Shown here: piece by piece, positions 29,575 through 39,759 of the stretch | Numbering within the stretch: the stretch's first letter is position 1 | Layout of the letters: every line of letters starts with the position of its first letter | NCBI GenBank assembly: GCA_965238005.1 | Contig: OZ250165.1 | Span: forward strand, 3,808,001 to 3,872,000 | Direction: 5' to 3' | DNA length: 64,000 bases | Source: Longimicrobiales bacterium | Lineage (GTDB): Bacteria > Gemmatimonadota > Gemmatimonadetes > Longimicrobiales > Gaopeijiaceae | The notes under the pieces: model-generated | Seen by the model: only the letters and a program-made list of their open reading frames with translations | The model's database searches: none | What the model was told of the DNA's origin: nothing | Made by a program: the position numbers and the translations under genes

Positions 29575-31149
29575 CTAGGGTGCGTCGTCCATCACCGTCG
29601 GATCGGTGAGTAGAGTCACGGAACCCAACCCCAACCCCTCGAGGCCCTCTTGGATCGTCGCGCGATCACCGGCGATGACGATGACCATCTCGTCCGGATC
29701 CAGGTACTCGACGGCCACGCGCCGTACGTCCTCGGCCGTGACCTCCATCACACGCTCTACGTACGTCTCGTAGTAGTCGTCGGCAAGATCGTTCAGCACC
29801 TGGTCGGCGATCTGCGCGGCCACGCTCCCCACGGTCTCGAACCGCTGGGGAAGCCGCAACGTCAGGTACTTGCGCGCCCGGTCCAGCTCCGCGTCCCCTA
29901 CGGGCTCCTCGCCGAGGCGCCTCAGCTCCCGGAGGAACTCCACCACGGCCGAGTCCGTGACCGGCGTGTTCACGGCGGCCCGGGCCACGAACGGCCCCGG
30001 CTCGCGCCGCATAGAGAAGCCGGAAGTGGCCCCGTAGGTGTAGCCCTTGTCCTCACGGAGGTTGCTGTTCAGCCGGCTCGTGAAGGACCCACCCAGGATC
30101 GTGTTCATGACCATGAGCGGGAAGTAGTCGGGCGTGCCCCGGTCCACGGCCACCCGGCCAATGCGGATCTCCGACTGTGCGGCGCCCGGCTTGTCCACCA
30201 CGTAGATGGCCAGGCCGTCCAGGGTCCGAGGAGCCTGCTCGACCAAGCCCGATCCCTCGCCGGAGGGCAGGGAGCTCAGAGCGGCCTCGAGCTGCTCCTC
30301 CAGCTCCTCCCGGTCCACGTCGCCCACCACCACCACCGACACGTTGCCGGCCCTGAACGTCTGCTTGTACAGCTCTACCAGATCGGAGCGCTCCACCAGC
30401 TGCAGGGCGGCCTCCGTCCCCAGGAGGGGCACCCCGTACGGGCTGCCAGGCTCGTAGAGCTGGTCTGCGAAGGCGTTGTCGGCCAGCTCCCGGGCCTCGT
30501 CGCGTGTCTGCAGGATGCGCGTGATCCGCAGCCGTCTCACACGATCGATCTCGGCCTCGGCGAAGGCCGGGTTCAGCACTACGTCGGCCAGGAGCTCCAG
30601 GACCTCATCCAGCCGGGGCTTCAGAACTCCCACGCGAACCACCGAGCCGTCCCGCCCCACACCGGTGGACAGGCTGGCTCCGAGACGCTCCATCTCTTCA
30701 GCCAGCTCCACGGCGCTTCGGGTGGTGGTCCCCTCGTCCAGCATGTCGGCCAGGAGCGCACCGAGCCCGGGGGTGCCCACCCGGCCTCCTCCTCCGATGT
30801 GGACCTCGACGCTGACGATGGGGAGGTCGTGATCCTCCACCACGTGGACCGGCAGGCCGTTGGACAGCTCGAAAACCTGGCGCTCCGGCACGCTCATGGA
30901 CGGCGGAGAGCCCACCGAGGGAGGAACGCTGCGGTCGAAGCTCGCCTGCCGGTCCTCTTCGTCCCGGTCGACGCCGATGCTCATGGATCCACCGCGAGCG
31001 CCTCCCGAGGCTCTCACCGAGCACCCCGCCAACCCGGTCACTACCGCCAAGCCGATCATCGTCCTAATGCGACTCCTGTATGGTCTGCGCCATCGTGGTC
31101 CGATCCCGTCCGGCCCAGGACTACTCCCGTCCGACCCAGGACTAGCCAT
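29575..31149 (-). CDS. M16 peptidase, non-catalytic subunit (probable lipoprotein)
   Basis: LAGC lipobox; no HxxEH; SRLNSNLREDKGYTY. Confidence 0.86.
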   Translation of the reverse strand: MASPGSDGSSPGPDGIGPRWRRPYRSRIRTMIGLAVVTGLAGCSVRASGGARGGSMSIGVDRDEEDRQASFDRSVPPSVGSPPSMSVPERQVFELSNGLPVHVVEDHDLPIVSVEVHIGGGGRVGTPGLGALLADMLDEGTTTRSAVELAEEMERLGASLSTGVGRDGSVVRVGVLKPRLDEVLELLADVVLNPAFAEAEIDRVRRLRITRILQTRDEARELADNAFADQLYEPGSPYGVPLLGTEAALQLVERSDLVELYKQTFRAGNVSVVVVGDVDREELEEQLEAALSSLPSGEGSGLVEQAPRTLDGLAIYVVDKPGAAQSEIRIGRVAVDRGTPDYFPLMVMNTILGGSFTSRLNSNLREDKGYTYGATSGFSMRREPGPFVARAAVNTPVTDSAVVEFLRELRRLGEEPVGDAELDRARKYLTLRLPQRFETVGSVAAQIADQVLNDLADDYYETYVERVMEVTAEDVRRVAVEYLDPDEMVIVIAGDRATIQEGLEGLGLGSVTLLTDPTVMDDAP

Positions 31150-32539
31150 TCCCGCCCCCCTCCGGAACGGCCAGGTCCGTCCTTCCCCGGGGCACCACGG
31201 AGAGCACTACCCCGTGCGCCCCCACCAGGTAGTCGCGGCCGTGCTCCCTCACGCTCTCGCCCGACACCCGGCCGTAGCGGCCGAAGTCTCGGCGCACGAA
31301 GCCGGGATTGCCAGTGAGGAAGTAGTACTCGTTCAGGCGCTCGGCCTTGCCGTGGAAGCCGCCGCCCCGCTCGAGGGCCTGCACGAAGCCGGTCTCGATT
31401 TGATTGAGCGACCGCTCCATCTCCACTTCTCTGGCACCGCCGTCCACGAGGCTGTTGATCTCCTCCCGGACCGCTTGTTCCAGGTCCTCCAGGGACCCCT
31501 CGGGCTTGGCCGTGACGATGACGACGAACTGCGATCCGATCTCGCTCGGACTCTGGAACGCGCTCACGTCCTGAGCCACCTGCTCTTCCAGGACCAGACG
31601 GCGGTAGAGCCGGGAGCTCTTGCCCTCGGCCAGGATGGAGCCCAGAACCTCCATGTTGGCGTCTCCCTGGCTGAAGGCTTCCGGCGAGTGCCACGCCATG
31701 TAGAGCCGAGGGAGCTGCACATCGTCCTCCAGCACCACGTAGCGGTCGGACGAGAGCGTGGGGTCGGGGACCTCCACCTCGGGGACGGGCAGGCCAACTG
31801 GGATGTCCCCGAAATACTTCTCGGCCAGCTCCCGGACCTCCGAGACCCGCACGTCGCCGGCGACCGCCAGGCTGGCGTTGTTGGGGGCGTAGTACGTTTT
31901 GAAGAACTCACTCACGTCTTTCAGGGTGGCCGCGCTCAGGTCCTCCATATAGCCGATGACGGGCCAATGGTACGGGTGGTCCTCGGGGTACAGATTCGCC
32001 GAGATGGTCTCGAACGCCGTGCCGTAGGGGCGGTTGTCGTAGCTCTGGCGCCGCTCGTTCTTCACCACGTCGCGCTGGATGTCGAGCTTCTCCTGGGTCA
32101 TGGTGTCCAGGAGCCACCCCATGCGGTCCGCCTCGATCCACAGGGCGAGCTCGAGAGCGTTGGAGGAGACGGTCTCCAGATAGTTGGTGCGGTCGGTGGT
32201 GGTCGACCCGTTGGGCGCTCCACCCACCGCCTCCAGGAGGTTGTCGATATCCCCTTCAGGCACGTTGGCCGACCCCTCGAACATGATGTGCTCGAAGAGG
32301 TGGGCGAACCCGGTCCGCCCCGGGCGCTCGTTCCTGGACCCCACGTGATACCAGAGATTCACGGCGACCACGGGCAGGGACCGATCCCTGTGGACGATCA
32401 CGTTGAGGCCGTTCTCGAGGGTGAACTGGGTGTACGGGATGTACACCTCCATGAACTCCTCCTCCTGTGCCGAAATGACGTTGGGCCAGACGGCCAGGAA
32501 CGCGAGGGCGACCGCGCAACCCCCCGCAACTCTCACCAT
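31142..32539 (-). CDS. M16 peptidase, catalytic subunit (secreted)
   Basis: Signal peptide; GFAHLFEHIMF; NG.T..DRTNY. Confidence 0.93.
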   Translation of the reverse strand: MVRVAGGCAVALAFLAVWPNVISAQEEEFMEVYIPYTQFTLENGLNVIVHRDRSLPVVAVNLWYHVGSRNERPGRTGFAHLFEHIMFEGSANVPEGDIDNLLEAVGGAPNGSTTTDRTNYLETVSSNALELALWIEADRMGWLLDTMTQEKLDIQRDVVKNERRQSYDNRPYGTAFETISANLYPEDHPYHWPVIGYMEDLSAATLKDVSEFFKTYYAPNNASLAVAGDVRVSEVRELAEKYFGDIPVGLPVPEVEVPDPTLSSDRYVVLEDDVQLPRLYMAWHSPEAFSQGDANMEVLGSILAEGKSSRLYRRLVLEEQVAQDVSAFQSPSEIGSQFVVIVTAKPEGSLEDLEQAVREEINSLVDGGAREVEMERSLNQIETGFVQALERGGGFHGKAERLNEYYFLTGNPGFVRRDFGRYGRVSGESVREHGRDYLVGAHGVVLSVVPRGRTDLAVPEGGGNG

Positions 32540-32642
32540 GCATTACTCTACCAGACGCACAAGAGCGGGCCAGCCCACCGCCGTGCGAGCCCACGACGCA
32601 GAGCCACACGCTGATAACGGATCTGTGGAAGATAAGGTACGA

Positions 32643-33502
32643 TCAGGGACGCGTCATGAGTCTCTCGCGTAACGCGCCCGTAACGAACTCCTCTTCGAGG
32701 AAGGTCTTGCACACCTCGTGTCCGTCTTCCACCCGGTCCGAGACGGCCTCCACGAGGGGCAGATCTCCAGATTCGGCCCGCAGTCGGGCCCGCTCCACGA
32801 GCTCGTAGGCCCGGTCCTCCTCACCGGACGCCGCGGCCGCCAACGCGGCCACGAGAGCAATTTCCACGTCCTCCGGACGGAGGTCCGCGGCCCCCAGGAG
32901 ATCGCCGAGCGCGTCTTCCGTTCGGCCCAAGCTCACCAGGACGAGCCCGGCCAGCGCCCGCGCCCAGCCGTCTTCCGGATCGACCTCCCAAGCCTTTGAG
33001 AAAGTCTCCACGGCCTCGTCGAGGCGCCCGCTCAGGGCTAGCGCCACACCCCACTCGGTGAGCGTCTCGGGATTGTCGGGGGCAAGGCGAGGGCCGCCGA
33101 GAGCTCACGCAGGGCCTCCTCGAACATGCCCTCCCGGGACAGGTAGGCCCCGTACATGGTGCGGGCGAAGGGAACGTCGTCACCCATGAGGGCCGCCGTG
33201 CGCAGGGTCGACTCGGCCACCGGATCGTCAAAGCGGGCCAGGCCGTTTCCCGCGACGGCCAGGACGTGCGGGTCCCTGGGCACGGCGGCCACGCAGGCCC
33301 TGAAGCGCTCGTACGCAATGCCCTCCATGCCCAGCTCCCGCTCGGCCACGCCCAGCCAGCAGAGCACGGCCGGGTCGCCCGGATGCCGCTCGAGCATCTC
33401 CCGCAAGTACTCGGCCATCCCCTGCCATTCGTCTTCGTCTCCGAGCTGGCGGGCGCGCTCGAGCTCCTGCTCCAGCTCCTGCCCTTCGCCGAAGTCGCTC
33501 AT
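32643..33502 (-). pseudogene. TPR-repeat protein split by a 1-nt frameshift near 33083
   Basis: TPR repeats continue (P DNPETLTEWGVALA) in another frame at a short homopolymer run; could be a sequencing error. Confidence 0.75.
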
Positions 33503-34716
33503 CAGGCGCCGTACTTCTCCAGCCGGACGGCGTGCGCCAGGGCCAGCGACATGAGCTCCTTGCCGGGCACGACCCCCAGGTCTCCCCCCCGGCACGCCGT
33601 CTCGCCGAACTCGTCCGCCGAGGGCCGTGCCCAGGGGGATGCGATGAGCGCCGGCACATGGTGCCAGGAGTGCTCGCGGTAGAGAGCGGGCGTGGAGTGG
33701 TCCCCCGTGACGATGACAACGTCGGGATTGAGGGCCGTGATCCTCGGAACGACGGCGTCCACCGCTTCGATGGCCGCCGCCTTGCCCTCGAAGTCGCCGT
33801 CGTGGCCCAGGGAGTCCGGGTCCTTGAAGTGGACGAAGTAGAAGTCGTAGTAGCCGTAGTGTCCCTCCAGGAGGGCCACGGTCTCTTCGTTGGATCCGGG
33901 CACGCCGTCCACCGTCATCCCCACCAGACTCGCCACCCCCCTGTACATGGGGTACTTGGCCACGGCCACCGCACGGAGGCCATAGCGCTCCTGGAAGGTC
34001 GGATAGGGGGAGAACTGTGCGAAGCCCCGTGCCAGGAATGTGTTGGCCTGCGGCTCGTCGGCGAGGATCTCCCCGACCTGGTCCAGGAGGCCCTGGATCA
34101 TCTCGGCCGTGGAGGCCGAGGCGGGATCCGTGGCGGTCACCGGGACGGGCCTCAGCCCCGTTCGTTGCGGATCCGTGTCCTCCAGGTCGGCGCCCAGCGC
34201 GCCACCCCGAAGCACGAGGACGGCGCGGTGCTCCTTCTCGTGGATGAGCGTGACCTCCACGCCGTCGGGCGGGCGGATCTCAGCCAGCACCCGGTCCACC
34301 ACCCGCCCCCCGTCTTCGTCGGAGGGACGCCCGGCCCGGCGGTCCGTCACCACGCCGTCGCCATCCAGGGTGGCCAGGTTCAGGCGCGCCGCCACGTCTC
34401 CCGTGTGTAGGTCGAACCCGACGCCCAGGGCGCTCAGGACCCCGCGTCCGATCATGGAGGTGACGGGATCATAGCCGAAGAGGGCGAGATGCCCCGGCCC
34501 GCTCCCCGGCGTGACCCCGTGCGCCACGGGCACGATCATGCCAAGCGAGCTCCGGGTCGCCAGGGCGTCTAGGTTGGGATTTGAAGCCGACTCTAGCTCC
34601 GTCCTGCCCGTATCCGGATGGGGCAGCCCGCCGAGGCCGTCCAGCACCACCAGGATGATCGTTCCACCATCGACACCCCGGAGGGCGAGCTCGTGGGGGA
34701 GCGAGGCGTGTGTCAT
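33502..34716 (-). CDS. apgM: Cofactor-independent phosphoglycerate mutase, archaeal type
   Basis: LDGLGG, TELE.A..PNLD, PGSGPGHL.LFGYDP, DRRAGR, D..GHDG, TGDHSTP, HSWH.VP. Confidence 0.88.
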   Translation of the reverse strand: MTHASLPHELALRGVDGGTIILVVLDGLGGLPHPDTGRTELESASNPNLDALATRSSLGMIVPVAHGVTPGSGPGHLALFGYDPVTSMIGRGVLSALGVGFDLHTGDVAARLNLATLDGDGVVTDRRAGRPSDEDGGRVVDRVLAEIRPPDGVEVTLIHEKEHRAVLVLRGGALGADLEDTDPQRTGLRPVPVTATDPASASTAEMIQGLLDQVGEILADEPQANTFLARGFAQFSPYPTFQERYGLRAVAVAKYPMYRGVASLVGMTVDGVPGSNEETVALLEGHYGYYDFYFVHFKDPDSLGHDGDFEGKAAAIEAVDAVVPRITALNPDVVIVTGDHSTPALYREHSWHHVPALIASPWARPSADEFGETACRGGDLGVVPGKELMSLALAHAVRLEKYGA

Positions 34717-34737
34717 GTATTCGTCCCGATCACAAGA

Positions 34738-34863
34738 GGCTCCGTGAACATTGCGGCTCCGTGAACATAGCGGCTCCGTGGAGCCGAATCGACGCATGGG
34801 GGTACGTCCGCCAGACAGCTACCTGCCGGGCAGCGACCTGCCAGGCAACTACCCGCCAGGCAA
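34738..34863. repeat. Two short tandem repeat arrays in a divergent intergenic region
   Basis: 17-bp ggctccgtgaacat(t/a)gc about 2.5 copies, then 15-bp ctacctgccgggcag-like unit three times. Confidence 0.75.
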
Positions 34864-34899
34864 GGACCCACAGGGACCCTGGACGAGGAGGACGAGGAC

Positions 34900-36033
34900 G
34901 TGCGTTACAGCCCCTTCGCCATGGAGCGGTGGCAGTCCACGTACGAACACCGCGTACGCTTCAACCTGTCGGAGAGCGGTGTGCATCCACTCTCGGTCTC
35001 AGAGCTCCTGGGGCTGGCTGACCGCGGGCCGGAGGTCCTGGACGTCGGGCTGGGCTACGGACAGTCCAACGGCAGCGACGAGCTGAGGGACCGCATCGCG
35101 GCCCTATACCCCGGAGCAACCGAGGCGTCGGTCCTGGTGACGATCGGAGGGGCGGAAGCCAACTTCGCGGCCTTCTGGCACCTTCTCGATCCCGAGGCCC
35201 CCACCGCCGTCATGCTCCCCAACTATATGCAGGTGCCCGGCCTGCTGGAGAGCTTCAAGGCTCCGATCCTGCCCTATCACCTCATGGAGGAAGCGGGGTG
35301 GCAGCCCGACCTGGAGATGCTCGAGCGCTGCCTCGAGGAGGGAGCCCGCTCCATCCTGGTCACGAACCCCAGCAACCCGACAGGCGCAGTGCTGAGTCCC
35401 GAGTCCATGTCGGGTATCGTGGCGCTGGCCGAGCGCTACGGCGCCTGGATCTTGGCGGACGAGGTCTATCAGGGAGCCGAGCTCGACGGCAATCAGACCC
35501 CGTCCTTCTGGAGACGGACCGAGCGCGTGATCGTCACCAACTCGCTGTCCAAGGCCTACGGCCTTCCGGGTCTGCGCCTGGGATGGCTCCTGGGCCCGCC
35601 GGAGATCATGGAGGGCATGTGGGGCCGGACCGACTACACGACCATCGCCCCGGCCAACCTGTCCGACACCCTGGCTTGCCTGGCCCTCGAGCCCTCGACC
35701 CGGCAGAAGATCCTGGCCCGGACGCGAGGCATCCTCAACGACAACCTGGGCCTGTTGACCGAGTGGCTGGATGGCCAGGAGGGTCGCTATACGTATCGCC
35801 CGCCCGACGCCGGAGCCATCTGCTACGTCCGCTACAACACGCCGGTGAACTCCACCCAGTTCGCAGAGAAGATCCGGACGGAGATGGACCTTCTGGTGGT
35901 CCCGGGAGACCATTTCGGTATGGACGGCTATCTGCGCTTGGGGTTCGGACCGCCTGCGGAGGAGTTCCAGGAGGCGCTCGGGAGACTGGCCGAAGCCTTC
36001 GACCAGGTGGAGGCGGGGGCCGCTGCGGGCTGA
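34900..36033 (+). CDS. PLP-dependent aminotransferase class I/II
   Basis: NP.NPTG, DEVY, SLSKAYGLPGLRLGW, PG..F....RLG. Confidence 0.92.
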   Translation: MRYSPFAMERWQSTYEHRVRFNLSESGVHPLSVSELLGLADRGPEVLDVGLGYGQSNGSDELRDRIAALYPGATEASVLVTIGGAEANFAAFWHLLDPEAPTAVMLPNYMQVPGLLESFKAPILPYHLMEEAGWQPDLEMLERCLEEGARSILVTNPSNPTGAVLSPESMSGIVALAERYGAWILADEVYQGAELDGNQTPSFWRRTERVIVTNSLSKAYGLPGLRLGWLLGPPEIMEGMWGRTDYTTIAPANLSDTLACLALEPSTRQKILARTRGILNDNLGLLTEWLDGQEGRYTYRPPDAGAICYVRYNTPVNSTQFAEKIRTEMDLLVVPGDHFGMDGYLRLGFGPPAEEFQEALGRLAEAFDQVEAGAAAG

Positions 36034-36035
36034 GA

Positions 36036-36278
36036 CTACCCCGAGCGCAGCCAGTCCCCGAGCCGCTCCATGGCACGGACGAACTCTTCCGCCTCCTCCC
36101 GGGCGGACTCGGGAACCAAGGCGGCCAAGTCGCGGGCTTTCTTCAGGTCGTCGGTGATCGTATCGGCCTCCGCCGAGACCCAGATTTCTCTTAACTGATC
36201 GATCACGGCTCTTCTCGACCCGCCTTCCGTGGAGCTTTGGATCGCCGCCTCCAGGCGCGAATGATATTCAACGATCAT
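36036..36278 (-). CDS. Small hypothetical helical protein
   Basis: Protein-like composition, converges on the aminotransferase stop; no motif recognised. Confidence 0.4.
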   Translation of the reverse strand: MIVEYHSRLEAAIQSSTEGGSRRAVIDQLREIWVSAEADTITDDLKKARDLAALVPESAREEAEEFVRAMERLGDWLRSG

Positions 36279-36389
36279 GCCGAAACGGCCGGTAACGCAA
36301 GACCGCCGCACGTTGCGTCGCCTCTTGAGGATACCGTTATTACGGTCGGTCTCGCTCACATCTTTCCGGCGGGCCCGTTTGGAGCTCGC

Positions 36390-36926
36390 GCCATGCGCAC
36401 CGCCGAGCAGATGGCGCCGGTGCTGCTGTGGATCGACGAGCTGGAGAAGGCGTTCGCCACGGGCGGTAGCGAGGACGGCGGCGTGTCGCAGCGCATCCTG
36501 GGAAGCTTCCTCACCTGGATGCAGGACCGGCAGGGTGACGTCTTCATCGTAGCCACGGCCAACGACATCACCCGCCTGCCTGCCGAGTTCCTACGTAAGG
36601 GGCGTTTCGACGAGATCTTCTTCGTGGATCTCCCCGACGTGGATACCCGCGCCGAGATCTTCCGGATCCACCTGGAAAACCGCGGGAAGGCGTCCGCCGA
36701 CCTCGACCTGCACGCCCTCGGCGCCGCCACTCCCGGCTTCAGCGGATCGGAGATCGAGCAGGTGGTGGTCTCGACTCTCTACTCGGCTTTCTCGGGGACG
36801 GACGAGCTGACCATGAACGCGCTCCTGAACGAGATCAAGCGCACTCGGCCCCTCTCGGTGATGCGCGCGGAGCACGTGGAGGGACTAAGGGCCTGGGCCA
36901 AGGAGAGGACCAGACCGGCGAACTAG
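36390..36926 (+). pseudogene. 5'-truncated AAA+ ATPase (Ycf46-like)
   Basis: LLWIDELEKAF Walker B, TANDI..LP.E.LRKGRFDEIFFVDLP, FSGSEIEQ; Walker A absent. Confidence 0.8.
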
Positions 36927-36937
36927 GCGGCGACGGC

Positions 36938-37597
36938 TCAGGCGGGCTCAATGCACTCCGGGACGTCGTTGGCAGGAAAGTTCACCAGCGTCGACACGGC
37001 GTAGGCGGCCAGCTCGCCCTCGTATGGTCGGAGGATCTCCAGGACGTTCTCGGTCCGCACACTCTTGTCGAGCCATGTCGCGCGCTCGCCCTCGGGTACG
37101 ATGGCCGGCATGCGATCGTGAAGGGGACGGACCGCTTCGTTCGAGGCCACCGTGATGATGGTGAAGGAGTATACGGGCTCCTGGCCCCCGGCTTCCCACC
37201 GCTCCCAGAGCCCGGCCAGGCTCATCGGTGTGCGATTCGGGTCGTGAATCCAGTACGGGACTTTGCCCGACCCCTCCCGCACCCACTCGTAGAATCCGTC
37301 GGCCGGCACCAGACAGCGGCGGGCGACCACGGCCTCCTTGAAAGACGGCTTGGTCCGGAGCGTCTCGCCCCGGGCATTGATCATCCGGGATCCGATGGAC
37401 GGGTCATCGGCCCACGACGGAACCAGTCCCCAGTGCATCAGGCCCATCCGGATGCCCCGTCGATCCGAGGCCACGACCGGGGCCTCCTCCGTGGGAGCGA
37501 TGTTATAGCGCGGCTCGTGGTCGAACGTGACGGGTGGAACGTCGAAGACCTCTACCAGATCGTCCATTGGGGTGGATAGGGTATAACGGCCGCACAT
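36938..37597 (-). CDS. SOS response-associated peptidase (SRAP/YedK family)
   Basis: MCGRY N-terminus, RYNIAP, WGLVP.W, INAR.ET, RCL.PADGFYEW, HDRMP. Confidence 0.96.
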   Translation of the reverse strand: MCGRYTLSTPMDDLVEVFDVPPVTFDHEPRYNIAPTEEAPVVASDRRGIRMGLMHWGLVPSWADDPSIGSRMINARGETLRTKPSFKEAVVARRCLVPADGFYEWVREGSGKVPYWIHDPNRTPMSLAGLWERWEAGGQEPVYSFTIITVASNEAVRPLHDRMPAIVPEGERATWLDKSVRTENVLEILRPYEGELAAYAVSTLVNFPANDVPECIEPA

Positions 37598-37731
37598 GGC
37601 TCGGTCTCACTCCAGCCTAGAACTCGTTCCCGTGGATGCCGCCCACACAGATGAGGGTCGGGCCCGGGCGTGCTCCCCGAACTCGACCCATCACCCGCTC
37701 GACGTCACCCCTTCGAGCGGGAGAAACCCCT

Positions 37732-39675
37732 TTAGTCCCCGAAAGCTGTGTCACTGGCCGTGTGCTGTTCCTCCATCAGCTTGCTCTCGAGAAGCTGGTA
37801 CGCGATGGGCATGAAGTCCGCCTCCGTCACCAGCCCAACGAGCTTCCCGCCCTTCACCACCGGCAGGCAAGAGACTCCTTGTTCCCTCATGATATCGATG
37901 GCTTCGAGCGTCGGTGTCTCGGGGGCCACCGTGATTGGATCTTCATCCATTATCGACCGCACCGGCATGGTTTCTTTAACGCCCTCGCTGCCGAACTCGG
38001 AGACCATCCGCAGAATCGATCGATACGACACCAGCCCCACCAAACGGTGCTGGTCGTCCTCCACCGGCACGTGCCTGATCTGCTTCCGGTCCATGAGAAA
38101 GGCGACCATCTCCAACAGCTCGTCTTCCTGTACGGTAAAGAGCTGGGTGGTCATGTACTGTTCCACCTTCGTGTAGTTCCTGGTCCATCCGCCGGCTTCC
38201 TCCAGCTGGGCCAGTCCCCATTCGTGGCCCGGCTTTCGCCCTATCTGGTTACGGACCGTGGCCGCCGTGAGCGCGGCCAGGCGCTCGGCGTGCGTGCCCC
38301 GGTGCTTCATCTCATGCAGGGAACGGATCATCCAATCCGACCCGGTGCCCCGGCTCTCGACCCGCGCCTGGATCACGCCGAGATACTTGTCCAGCTCCGA
38401 GGAGTCGACACGACCCTCGAGGCCTGCCCGGGCGAGAGGAATCAACGTGCCGAGGATGAGCTCGGGAGCGCTCACCTGCTCACCGTCCACCCAGTGGAAT
38501 CCCGCGTTGAGCCCTTGCCTGGACGCCGCCAAGAAGTTGTACTTGGCATCGTCGAAGTCGAGCCTCTGGGTGATGTCGTCGTACTCCTCGCGGGAGCCGC
38601 GGACCAGTCCGATCCAGAAGACGGCATTGGCCACTTCGTCCAGGACGGTGGGCCCTGCCGGGAGGGCCCGGCACTCGATCCTCAGGTGTGGCTTACCCTC
38701 CGAGATACCGTAGCACGGTCGATTCCAGCGGTAGACGGTGCTGTTGTGGAGCTGCAGGGCCTGCAGCTTCGGAATACACCCGGCCTCGAGCTGCTCGAAC
38801 GGATCCTCCTCGCAGTCCTGGGCCAGGAGCACCCTGAAGTTGGCGATGTCCGACTGGAAGAGCTCCGTCACCGACTTCTCCACCCATCGCTCTCCGAAGC
38901 GCACCCGGGGGCTCAGCTCGCGCAGATGAACGGCAGTGCTCCGCGTATCCAGGGACTGCTGGAAGAGCGCGATGCGGGTCTCGGCCCACAGGCGCTTCCC
39001 GAACAGGAGGGGGGAGTTGACCGCGGCCGCCACCACGGGCCCAATGACCGCCTGCGACAGGTTGTACATGTCGGCGAACTCGTCGGCGTCGACCTGGAGA
39101 TGGACCTGGCAGCTGGTGTTGCAGGCCTCGAGCATGACCGAGTCGTGCTCCAGGTGGAGCTCGTCCCGCCCCTCGATCCGGAGACGATAGGCCCCTCCGC
39201 GCATCTTGGTCAGGGCTTCGTTGAGGGCGTAGTAACGGGCCTTGGGGGTGATGTTGTCGAGGCTCAGATCGGACTTGCTCAGCGTGGGCAGGATGCCGGA
39301 CAGCACCACCTCGGCCCCGACCTCGCGGGCCGCATCCCTGACCATGCCCAGGAGCTCCTCGATCCGGACCTGCAGCGCGCTGAAGCATCGCCCCTCGAGC
39401 AACATCGGCTCGATGTTCACCTCCAGATTGAACCGGGCGAGCTCCGGGGTGAAGTTCTTGTGATCGAGGAGCTCGAGAACCTCCGGGCCGACGGGGGCGG
39501 GCCGCCAGGCGCGGTCGACCAGGAACATCTCCTGCTCGCAGCCGAAGCGGCGGACGCCCGACTCTATCATCCCGTCCTCCAGCATCTTCTCCAGGGCCCG
39601 CAGGTCCGTGAGAAGGGCCTTTGTGAAAGACCGGATCGATTCGCTGTCCTGCTCGGGGACGAGGTCTTGACCCAT
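37732..39675 (-). CDS. Glutamate-cysteine ligase family 2 (GCS2) protein fused to a CBS pair
   Basis: G.EQEM.LVD, EL.RFNLE.N, TS.QVHLQ, NSP.LFG.RLW.ETRI, WNRP.Y, RIE.R.LP.GP; C-terminal CBS domains. Confidence 0.85.
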   Translation of the reverse strand: MGQDLVPEQDSESIRSFTKALLTDLRALEKMLEDGMIESGVRRFGCEQEMFLVDRAWRPAPVGPEVLELLDHKNFTPELARFNLEVNIEPMLLEGRCFSALQVRIEELLGMVRDAAREVGAEVVLSGILPTLSKSDLSLDNITPKARYYALNEALTKMRGGAYRLRIEGRDELHLEHDSVMLEACNTSCQVHLQVDADEFADMYNLSQAVIGPVVAAAVNSPLLFGKRLWAETRIALFQQSLDTRSTAVHLRELSPRVRFGERWVEKSVTELFQSDIANFRVLLAQDCEEDPFEQLEAGCIPKLQALQLHNSTVYRWNRPCYGISEGKPHLRIECRALPAGPTVLDEVANAVFWIGLVRGSREEYDDITQRLDFDDAKYNFLAASRQGLNAGFHWVDGEQVSAPELILGTLIPLARAGLEGRVDSSELDKYLGVIQARVESRGTGSDWMIRSLHEMKHRGTHAERLAALTAATVRNQIGRKPGHEWGLAQLEEAGGWTRNYTKVEQYMTTQLFTVQEDELLEMVAFLMDRKQIRHVPVEDDQHRLVGLVSYRSILRMVSEFGSEGVKETMPVRSIMDEDPITVAPETPTLEAIDIMREQGVSCLPVVKGGKLVGLVTEADFMPIAYQLLESKLMEEQHTASDTAFGD

Positions 39676-39759
39676 CGGTGCAATGCCAGATGCCCGCCGC
39701 ACTCTACTGCTTCGGCAGGCCTCTATCCTTTCGTGTATGCAGGTCTCGAATGCGGGATA

